Shown piece by piece: positions 48,109 through 56,181 of a stretch of 64,000 nt of DNA. Numbering within the stretch: position 1 is the stretch's first letter; the number at the start of each line of letters is the position of its first letter. The translations under genes were made by a program, and so were the position numbers. The notes beneath the pieces were generated by a model, which saw only the letters and a list, made by a program, of their open reading frames with translations, was not told the origin of the DNA and did no database searches. The stretch is from the IMG/VR virus record IMGVR_UViG_3300042473_001540, positions 245,757 to 309,756 of that record, one strand, 5' to 3'.

Positions 48109-48933
48109 ATGTCTATTTATCGTAATATCAAACCCTTTGGGTTTTATGTGTATGCCTACTTAAGAAAAACAACATCCAACAATGGTCCTGCAGGAACCCC
48201 TTATTATATTGGAAAAGGGACCGGCATACGTTACAAAGAAAACCACGGAACTCTACCTGTACCAAAAGAAGCATGGAGGATTGTTGTCCTTGAACAAGGA
48301 TTAACTAATCTTGGTGCTGTTGCGCTCGAAAGAAGGCTGATACTCTGGTGGGGACGCCTGGATAATAACACAGGTATATTACACAATCGAACTGATGGCG
48401 GGGATGGGGCAGTTGGGAAGATAGTCTCTGATGAATCAAGAATGAAAGCAAGTGTTAACAATTGTGGCAAAAAAAGAAGTGCAGAAACAATCAAGAACAT
48501 AAAAGATGCATTATCTCTTATCGACAGGTCAGGAGAGAATCATCCGTTATATGGCAAAAAGCATTCTGATGAAGCTAGATCTAAAATGAGCGAAGCTAAA
48601 AAAGGCAGGTCCTATGAAGAAATTTATGGCCCAAAAGCAGAAGAGATGCGAGCTGCACGCTCACAAAAATCTCGGGGACGAAGTCTGTCTGCTGAGACCA
48701 AAGAAAAGATAAGTTTAGCAAATCGAGGCAAGAAAAAACCTGCAGGCTTTGGAGTCCGAATGTCCGCAGTAAGGTCTGGCCAAAAAGTCTCTGAAGAAAT
48801 TTTGAAGAAGAGAGCACAGATATTCGAAGCAACAAAACAAACTTGTGAACATTGCGGGAATATCTTTGGTTTAGCGAACTATATCAGATGGCATGGTCCT
48901 AATTGCAAAACTCAACCTAACCAACTACTATAG
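48109..48933 (+). CDS. GIY-YIG homing endonuclease with NUMOD3 repeats
   Basis: FYVYAY..YYIGKG..RY; N.TDGGDG; HPLYGKKHSDE.R.KMSEAKKG. Confidence 0.9.
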   Translation: MSIYRNIKPFGFYVYAYLRKTTSNNGPAGTPYYIGKGTGIRYKENHGTLPVPKEAWRIVVLEQGLTNLGAVALERRLILWWGRLDNNTGILHNRTDGGDGAVGKIVSDESRMKASVNNCGKKRSAETIKNIKDALSLIDRSGENHPLYGKKHSDEARSKMSEAKKGRSYEEIYGPKAEEMRAARSQKSRGRSLSAETKEKISLANRGKKKPAGFGVRMSAVRSGQKVSEEILKKRAQIFEATKQTCEHCGNIFGLANYIRWHGPNCKTQPNQLL

Positions 48934-48948
48934 GCGATTCGATTGGGA

Positions 48949-49464
48949 TTATACACCAGCAGTATAACTCAGTTCAGCAATCTTCAGCTTGTTTTGTTCA
49001 AAAAATGGCTCAAACTCTGTTATTACAAAGGTTTTGTAACGTGCGTGGTTTTCAACCGTGAAGTCAGCCAAATGTTTTTGATCAAAACAAGCATAACTTC
49101 CTTTGTGATTGATGCGTATGACAACAAACCACAAATCTTCTGGATCACATGTGTCAAGTGTTTGCTCTATCCAAGCATCCAGTTGTTTGATATCTCCATT
49201 GCACATGAGTCGATGCCACGGAAAGTCTTGATAAAACTTACTTTCAATCACCAGCTTTTTCATATGGGAAGGTGGAATGAGATCACTTTTGAAGTAGCTG
49301 ATTTGCGTAGCATCCATAGTGTCTTTTCTCTTGGTGTTTGCTCCTCCAATGAAGGCACCAGAATTAGGAACCCTAATAAATTTGGCTTCATATAACGTTG
49401 TGAGAAACTTGGCTATCCGTAATTCGCCTGCATTTCCTTTTGCCTTGCCTTTGGACCCTGCCAT
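48949..49464 (-). CDS. Holliday junction resolvase (Hjc-like PD-(D/E)xK)
   Basis: KGNAGELRIA, RVPNSGA, SDL, VIESKFY. Confidence 0.8.
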   Translation of the reverse strand: MAGSKGKAKGNAGELRIAKFLTTLYEAKFIRVPNSGAFIGGANTKRKDTMDATQISYFKSDLIPPSHMKKLVIESKFYQDFPWHRLMCNGDIKQLDAWIEQTLDTCDPEDLWFVVIRINHKGSYACFDQKHLADFTVENHARYKTFVITEFEPFFEQNKLKIAELSYTAGV

Positions 49465-49503
49465 ATGTTTTTTCCTGTAATCCAGAAAAAGCTCTGGAAG
49501 TCT

Positions 49504-49532
49504 TTGATTTTATAGTTTTAGATGGCTATAAT
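49504..49532 (+). promoter_or_regulatory. sigma70-type promoter of the TnpB-like gene
   Basis: TTGATT-N17-TATAAT preceded by GC. Confidence 0.6.
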
Positions 49533-49556
49533 CAAAATAACAAAAGAGCATTTCAA

Positions 49557-50366
49557 ATGAAGCACAACAAGCCACAACACCGCAGCATTTTTATTGTAGT
49601 TGATCCAGTAGATCAAAATCGGCTCAATAGTTTTTTCCGACAAGAGTTGGGATTTTACAATACCCTTGTAGGAACCTTTGGAAGTCGTGTAAGAGCATTT
49701 CCACAAACTATTCTCAACATCACACACGATCAAGCATCACTCTTTTGTGATCTAGCCAAATACAATCTCAACATTCGCGAATTGGTGAAAAAGCCTCAAG
49801 AATGGCCTGAACAACTGAAAAGTTATTTTCCAGTTGCTTTTGACAGACTCACACAAAAAACAATTTTGACCGAAGCGCAAATTATGATGTTTGAATCTGC
49901 CGGAGCCAATCGCTGGATTATGATTCCAGAAGCCAAAAAACAGATGGCTAGAGCAGTTATTGATTTTTACAAAGAGCAAGCAGACATTTTGGCTCATCCC
50001 CAATCAAGCGATATAATTGAGGTGGCTTACAAGACACCACCCAGCAGCTTGAGTGAGTTGGAAATCAGCAACAAACGTCATGCACAGATCCCTCGTAATG
50101 AAATCAAATACAAATACAACAACACTGAACAACATACAGAAATTTGGACTCCGTTAACTACAAAACCCATTATTATTCCGCATTTTAACCTTAACGAATA
50201 CAATCGATGGACAACAGCAATAGTCAAGCAAGAGAGTGGTAGATTCTGTGAATACAACACACCTTGGGTAATTGACTTCAAAAATACAAAAAACAATTAT
50301 CTTTTGAAATATCTAGACAGCACAGCACGTAGTCCAGGCAATTATAGAATCAGCAACTACGCATAA
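49557..50366 (+). CDS. TnpB/Cas12-like WED-REC protein lacking RuvC (putative RNA-binding or RNA-guided, nuclease-free)
   Basis: N-terminus RSIFIVVDP..RLNSFF..FYNTL resembles HTH_OrfB_IS605; KQMARAVIDFYK REC helix; beta-rich WED-like end; no GIDxG or CxxC. Confidence 0.55.
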   Translation: MKHNKPQHRSIFIVVDPVDQNRLNSFFRQELGFYNTLVGTFGSRVRAFPQTILNITHDQASLFCDLAKYNLNIRELVKKPQEWPEQLKSYFPVAFDRLTQKTILTEAQIMMFESAGANRWIMIPEAKKQMARAVIDFYKEQADILAHPQSSDIIEVAYKTPPSSLSELEISNKRHAQIPRNEIKYKYNNTEQHTEIWTPLTTKPIIIPHFNLNEYNRWTTAIVKQESGRFCEYNTPWVIDFKNTKNNYLLKYLDSTARSPGNYRISNYA

Positions 50367-50388
50367 CAGAGTATATTTTTAAAACATA

Positions 50389-50752
50389 GTGGCTTTATAT
50401 GATGGTGTAGTGTCCATCCGTATCTACCAGGCGCGAAGGCCGGGGAAAATTGCGTATGAGGGTTTACGGTTCTATGCCCTCGCCACAAAAGTGAACAAAA
50501 AGGATCCAGCCTCTCACTGTCCCGTGACGCTGGAAGGGGTTCAGTCAACAGCCTGTCTGACTGAATTCCCTGCGTGTGTGATGAGCACATAACCGAGAAG
50601 GCAGCTCCATGAGCATAAGTCCGAGAAGAGAGTCAGGAACGCTGGAAATAGGTTCTCCGCCAGCTGGAAGCAATTCCCAAGACGAGACAGGCAGGCCGAA
50701 GCCCTATACGAAAGCCTTTTCACACTTCTCCTCCCGGTGGGGAGAAGTGTGA
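50389..50752 (+). ncRNA. large structured non-coding RNA downstream of the TnpB-like gene
   Basis: At least 6 local hairpins, long-range stems 50389-93/50482-86 and 50443-53/50670-78, 8-bp pairing 50551-58/50685-92; G-U pairs favour + strand. Confidence 0.75.
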
Positions 50753-50872
50753 CTTCCTCCCTAACGAAATACCCAGAACTATTATCAGTCCAACAAGTAT
50801 CCTATTCCAGATCCAATAATATCATCAATAAGATCATTGAGATTCATACTAGATCACGCCCAGCTAAAATTA

Positions 50873-51040
50873 TCACTTCTTTGATTGAGCCTTCCTATAA
50901 GCTTCGGCTTGCATCTCATAGTGTTTGGAAATAGTTCCACTCAAAGATTTCATCTGTGAAGTGGTGAGACGCCAAGCTTCACTGTAGGTGAGTCCTCCGT
51001 TCATGTAATACACTAGGTTGGCAATATCGCTTTCAATCAT
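50873..51040 (-). CDS. gp51-like baseplate hub assembly protein; may be translated as -1 frameshift extension of upstream gene (not in ORF track)
   Basis: MIESDIANLVYYMNGGLTYSEAWRLT..; frame open back to the T TTT TTC heptamer at 51112-51118. Confidence 0.7.
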   Translation of the reverse strand: MIESDIANLVYYMNGGLTYSEAWRLTTSQMKSLSGTISKHYEMQAEAYRKAQSKK

Positions 51041-51105
51041 TTCCACTTCTTTTTCGCAGCTTCTCAGTACTTGGGTGATGGCTACATGATCACCCCTGAG
51101 AAGCT

Positions 51106-51939
51106 TTAGTCGAAAAAACTTGTGGGATCAAAGTCAATTGACTGGCTCCAAGTGTGTGAGCAACCGTCGCATTGAAAAGAGGTTTCGGTATCAATACCAG
51201 TTTTGTTGAGCTCTTTCAACTTGTCGATGATGGCGTTGGCACTGGTTGTGGGAATACCTTTCACAAACTCTTGAATGTATTCTTGATTGGTGACCAGTTC
51301 ACCACTACTGATTATTTTGATTTCAGTTATGCTCATGGCCATGATGTCCAATGTGCGTTTGGCCATGTGATTCACTTGTTTGGTCACACTACTGATCTTT
51401 TCTGCATCAGTTGTGTCTGTTTCTTGTAACACTTTGATGCTTCTGGCTTGTTCCACTTCATTCAACAGTTGTAGATTTCTCTGCTCAAAGTTGTAAGGAC
51501 GCAGGAAAACTTGGAGTGCTCCATCTATTTCAATATAGGTGGGGCCTTCAACATAAGTTTGTGTTTCGATAAATGCAGAGAGGTCTATACCAAAGTTGTG
51601 CTCTTTTCCACAACTGGGACATGTGGTGTCTATTTCCATAGTTGACCCTGCACTGGCAATTCTTATGGCAACAAGTAGGGTGTTGATGTCAGGCTCCACA
51701 AGCTTCTTGGGATCTTTGACTCCAGGAACACAGTTTCGGAAAACACTCAACAATGCATCGCCATTCAACAGCGCATCAGGAGTTTTCAACATGATTTGAT
51801 CAATAGCAGTCAACGGATACACTGCCATTTCGCCATTGGCTGAAGTCTCAAGGAAATCACTAGGATAAAATTTGCCTCGTGTTGGCAATTGTGCATAGGC
51901 CTTGGGTGTGTGAAAGTATTGACTCAATGGATTACTCAT
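51106..51939 (-). CDS. baseplate hub assembly chaperone (gp26-like)
   Basis: NPL..YF..P..Y..LPTRGKFY, T.DE/Q..LKTPDALLNG, D...LLVAIRIAS, CPSC..CDGC; TAAATA on minus at 51977-51982. Confidence 0.8.
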   Translation of the reverse strand: MSNPLSQYFHTPKAYAQLPTRGKFYPSDFLETSANGEMAVYPLTAIDQIMLKTPDALLNGDALLSVFRNCVPGVKDPKKLVEPDINTLLVAIRIASAGSTMEIDTTCPSCGKEHNFGIDLSAFIETQTYVEGPTYIEIDGALQVFLRPYNFEQRNLQLLNEVEQARSIKVLQETDTTDAEKISSVTKQVNHMAKRTLDIMAMSITEIKIISSGELVTNQEYIQEFVKGIPTTSANAIIDKLKELNKTGIDTETSFQCDGCSHTWSQSIDFDPTSFFD

Positions 51940-52025
51940 TACTGGCGCCCTATTATCTAAGTATGTTATTCCCTAGTATTTAAGGGGCTTAAATATGGGT
52001 AGTCTCCTGTTGTGAGAAAATTTGT

Positions 52026-54350
52026 ATGAGTTTTACAGCTAGTGAATTGAAAGATATCAGCAAGAATTGGGCCCAGGAGCGCACTCTCGGAGAGTTGCGT
52101 GACAAGATGGCGTCAAACAACAGTATTTTGGCTGCTATTGCTAAAGAAAAGTTCAACTTAGATGCTGCAACTATTCGCTCATTTGAAGATGCTATTGATG
52201 ATGCCAAAGATGGCTTGACAGAACTTCAAAATAGTGCGGAGAAAGCTAAAAGGGCTCAGGTCAATCAACTGCGTCATGAACAACGCATGCAAGGCTATGA
52301 ACAGGAAATCAAAGGCAATTACAAACGCAGTGTTGATGATTTACGCTCAAGCTTAGACAAAATGAGTCGATTTGACAGCAGTAGACTGTATGAAGGTGTC
52401 ACAAGTGGTATCAACAGCTTAAGCTATAATTTCCGTAAGGCAGATGGTAGTGCAACTGGGTTAAGCACAGCATTTGCTGGCTTGAACAAAGTGGTGGCTG
52501 TTGTTGCTGCTGGTGTGGGAATTTTTGCTAGCGGAATGCCAGCTTTTCAGGCCATGGCAAACACCGGTGTTACTTTTGGCGGCAGTCTTGAAAAGATGCA
52601 GGAAATGGTTGGTCGTACAGGTTTGAAGCTGGAAGAGTTTCAAGGACTTGTTGGGCAATTTGGTACTACAATTGGTGGAGTGGGTGAAGAAAATTTTGCC
52701 AAATTGATTCGGGCAACACAAACAGCTACTAGGGAGTTTGGTATGTACGGCCAGACGTCTCAACAACAGGCTGAGTCCGTTAGTTTCTTTGTGAACAGCT
52801 TAGTCGAAGGTGGGCTTTCATTCCAGCAAGCAAGCGCAATGAACGAACAAGGCACTGCACAATATTTGCGTGAGCTTACAGCACTTACTATTTTAACTGG
52901 CAAAGATAGAAAAACATTAGAGGCTAGACAAAAAGAGCTAGATCAAGATAGATTTATTAGACTTCGGGTTAGGCAATTGGAACAGACCAATCCTGAAGCG
53001 GCAGCAACATTTAAGAAAAACACTGGCCAATTGGCAATGGACATAGGGCCTAAATTGACAAGAGCCATAGCAGGCATGCAATATGGGCTTATGCCTCCTG
53101 ACGAGCAAATGCGCGCCTTTATGAGCATAGGCGGGACAATGTCTGGAATGGAGCAATTGTCTAGGCAGCTAACATCAGGATCTACCTTAGACATGATGGA
53201 AGGAGCTGGGAATTTAAAACGTAATTTTAGCCAAGGACAGGGCTTAAATGATTTTGTAACACAGGCGTATCTGGGAAGTAAGTACGCAGGAGCAGGTGAC
53301 ATAGCTGATGAATTATATGGAGACGCAGCACGGGCAAAGGCGGCTGAAGCGCAGCCAGGAGGTATGCAGAGGATACTTGATATCTTCACCGGAAGAGGTG
53401 GAAACTTAGATCAAGCTACTACTGCCATGCAAAAAGTGACTATGGATACTGCTCGTATCACTGGTGACTTCAAGGCAGCGCTCTGGGCAGCTACACAACA
53501 GTTGGGCTTGTTTACGAAAGTTCTTGAACCCTTGGCAGCAGCAACTGGCGCAGGCGCAGGAGCAGCAAACTCATTTTATGGAATGGCTGCCAGTGGTATG
53601 TCCGGAGCAGCTTCGGCCTTAATGACAGGAGCTGCTGTGGCATTGATGCCTAAATTGCTGGCAAGTACAGCTTTAAAAGCTGCAATACCACGGTTACTGG
53701 GAGGAGGAGGCTTGGGTTTGACTTCAATGCTGGGCTCAACAGGAATGATGTCTGGTATGATGGGCGGGGCTGGTAATCTTGCTGCTAGAGGAGGGTTGTT
53801 AGGAATGACAGGAAATCGCTTACTAGGTTCGGGGTTAAGTAGAGGCATTTTAGGAGGAGGTTTAGGAGGACTCGCAGGAGGGATGGCGGGCGCAGGACTT
53901 GGTAGCATGCTGGGCCTTGGCTCATTTGGTAGTGGTGCCTTAGGCGTATTAGGTGGGGCAGCAGGCGGCTTCTTGATGGGTGGGCCGGTGGGGGCACTTG
54001 TAGGTGGTCTGGGTGCTGCACTACCTATGCTTATAAGTTCAGCAAGTGCATCAGAAGCAAGGCCAGGTGATCAAACTGGCAATGCTGGTGGTTTATTACA
54101 AGATTCAACTGCACTTGTTGAAATGCAAGCAAGCAGCACGTCATATGTTTCTGCTATGGCTGCACTTGTAAGTAGAGTAGCAGCACAAGCCACTATGACT
54201 AGTCTTGCTCCACCAATAGCACCGCAAAACGATGCACTATTAGGTATGGTCACTACCTTGAACAGCACAGTGGCAGCACAAACACCCTACATCCAAGATC
54301 AAGCAAGACAAGCACGTATCACAGCTGGAATAATTGGTGACTTTGCCTAG
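52026..54350 (+). CDS. tape measure protein (gp29-like)
   Basis: Long helical Ala/Gly-rich protein with GG..GG hydrophobic tract; divergent from gp26-like; TAAATA 51990-51995. Confidence 0.65.
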   Translation: MSFTASELKDISKNWAQERTLGELRDKMASNNSILAAIAKEKFNLDAATIRSFEDAIDDAKDGLTELQNSAEKAKRAQVNQLRHEQRMQGYEQEIKGNYKRSVDDLRSSLDKMSRFDSSRLYEGVTSGINSLSYNFRKADGSATGLSTAFAGLNKVVAVVAAGVGIFASGMPAFQAMANTGVTFGGSLEKMQEMVGRTGLKLEEFQGLVGQFGTTIGGVGEENFAKLIRATQTATREFGMYGQTSQQQAESVSFFVNSLVEGGLSFQQASAMNEQGTAQYLRELTALTILTGKDRKTLEARQKELDQDRFIRLRVRQLEQTNPEAAATFKKNTGQLAMDIGPKLTRAIAGMQYGLMPPDEQMRAFMSIGGTMSGMEQLSRQLTSGSTLDMMEGAGNLKRNFSQGQGLNDFVTQAYLGSKYAGAGDIADELYGDAARAKAAEAQPGGMQRILDIFTGRGGNLDQATTAMQKVTMDTARITGDFKAALWAATQQLGLFTKVLEPLAAATGAGAGAANSFYGMAASGMSGAASALMTGAAVALMPKLLASTALKAAIPRLLGGGGLGLTSMLGSTGMMSGMMGGAGNLAARGGLLGMTGNRLLGSGLSRGILGGGLGGLAGGMAGAGLGSMLGLGSFGSGALGVLGGAAGGFLMGGPVGALVGGLGAALPMLISSASASEARPGDQTGNAGGLLQDSTALVEMQASSTSYVSAMAALVSRVAAQATMTSLAPPIAPQNDALLGMVTTLNSTVAAQTPYIQDQARQARITAGIIGDFA

Positions 54351-54415
54351 AGGTAATCTTTTTTCTGGGTATTTTTCTCACATAAATATCAAAAACCGAG
54401 AGAAACAGAACCCTG

Positions 54416-56173
54416 ATGGCTTGGAAAAAATATTTCACAACAGTACCGAGTCAAGCTAGACTCACTGCAAGACTAGCAGAAATCAACAAAGACAACAGTC
54501 AAGGTGCAACCACTACAAAATTCAGCAGTTATTTGCCTGAAGTCTATGCTGGTGCTCCAAACCGAGTTGAACGCTATGTGGCTTATGAACAAGCTGATTT
54601 AGATAGTGAAATCAATCGCAGCTTGGACACTATTGCTGAGTTCTGCACACAAAACCAAAGTGATGATGAGCCTATTCCTTTCCGATTTATTTGGAAAGGT
54701 GATGTTACTGAAACTGAAACAGAACTTTTGGCCAGTGCACTTCAACAATGGTGCAGCATCAATAAACTGAATCAACGAATCTTCAAAATATTCCGTAATA
54801 CTGTCAAATACGGTGATCAATTTTTCGTCCGAGATCCAGAAACCTATGAGCTGTTGTGGGTAGATTCAGCCAAAGTGGAAAAAATCATTGTCAATGAGGC
54901 ACAAGGCAAAAAAATTGAACAATATGTGATTAGAGATTTGGATTTCAATTTACAAAGTCTAGTGGCAACCAACCCTCTTGTGCATGATCAATACAGTTTC
55001 CCAGGAGGTTACCCTCGTAGTGCGAACCCAGCAGCTGGTGCAGGCAACATCAACTATGGACAGCCCACAACACCTGGCGGCCGTACCAGCAGATTTTACA
55101 ATCCAGCCAACAGCATGGCAATTGATGCCAACCACGTGGTGCATCTCAGTTTAAGTGAAGGCTTGGATCAATATTGGCCTTTTGGCACCAGCATCATTGA
55201 AGCAGTTTACAAAACTTACAAACAAAAAGACCTTTTGGAAGACTGCATTCTCATTTACCGTATTGTGCGTGCACCTGAGCGCAGAGTGTTTAAGATTGAC
55301 GTGGGTCAGCTGCAAGGTCAACGTGCCATGCAGTATGTTGAAAGAGTCAAAAACGAAATTTACCAAAGGCGACTCCCAAACCGCACAGGTGGTGGCTCAA
55401 GTATTATTGACAGCGCCTATAATCCCATAAGCATTACAGAAGATTTCTTCCTTGCAACCAACAGTGAACAACGCGGCACAACTATTGACACTTTGAACGC
55501 TGGCGAAAACTTGGGCACTATTGACGACTTGAAATACTTCAACAACAAGTTGATGCGCGGGCTGGGTATTCCCAGCAGCTATTTGCCCACTGGACCAGAT
55601 GATGGCACAGCAGTTTACAACGATGGCAAAGTGGGAACAGCATTTATCCAAGAGTATAGATTCAACAAATATTGCCAAAGATTGCAGAACAGTCTTGCGC
55701 CAACATTGGATATGGAATTTAAATTGTTTTTGAAGTTCCGTGGCATTGAGGTACACAGCAGTTTGTTTGAGTTGGCATTTAACGTTCCACAAAGTTTCAG
55801 TCAATATCGCAACATGAGCATTGACACTGAGCGTGTTAACCTCTTCAGTTCAGCTATGAACAGTGATGCAAGAGCTTACATGAGCAAGAGATATGCGCTC
55901 AAGCGTTATCTAGGATGGACAGAAGAAGATATTCTGGAAAATGAGCGGATGTGGAAAGAAGAAAACAACGACAAAGTCAAAGGCAAGACTGGCACCAGCC
56001 CCATTGAAGACAGGGGTGTGGGACTGGGATCAATAGGGATACGCCCTTCACCAGAGCCTGATTTTGGTATGGGTGGACCTGAGATGCCTCCTGAAGCCCC
56101 GCTTGAGACACCGGGATTTGAAACACCTGAAGTTGCTCCAGGTGCTGAAACACCTCCAACTGAAACACAGTAA
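54416..56173 (+). CDS. gp20: portal protein
   Basis: W.KYF, ALD.IAEF, KYGDQFF, LEDCILIYRIVRAPERRVFKIDVG, EDFF..RGT.IDTL.GE; TAAATA 54383-54388. Confidence 0.95.
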   Translation: MAWKKYFTTVPSQARLTARLAEINKDNSQGATTTKFSSYLPEVYAGAPNRVERYVAYEQADLDSEINRSLDTIAEFCTQNQSDDEPIPFRFIWKGDVTETETELLASALQQWCSINKLNQRIFKIFRNTVKYGDQFFVRDPETYELLWVDSAKVEKIIVNEAQGKKIEQYVIRDLDFNLQSLVATNPLVHDQYSFPGGYPRSANPAAGAGNINYGQPTTPGGRTSRFYNPANSMAIDANHVVHLSLSEGLDQYWPFGTSIIEAVYKTYKQKDLLEDCILIYRIVRAPERRVFKIDVGQLQGQRAMQYVERVKNEIYQRRLPNRTGGGSSIIDSAYNPISITEDFFLATNSEQRGTTIDTLNAGENLGTIDDLKYFNNKLMRGLGIPSSYLPTGPDDGTAVYNDGKVGTAFIQEYRFNKYCQRLQNSLAPTLDMEFKLFLKFRGIEVHSSLFELAFNVPQSFSQYRNMSIDTERVNLFSSAMNSDARAYMSKRYALKRYLGWTEEDILENERMWKEENNDKVKGKTGTSPIEDRGVGLGSIGIRPSPEPDFGMGGPEMPPEAPLETPGFETPEVAPGAETPPTETQ

Positions 56174-56181
56174 ATATCAAG

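Noticed and set aside
50389-50934. Short ORFs 50389-50592, 50357-50590, 50541-50723 and 50737-50934 as genes or RuvC remnants
   Set aside because: No RBS, no RuvC motifs; sequence better explained by RNA pairing and by the minus-strand gp51-like ORF
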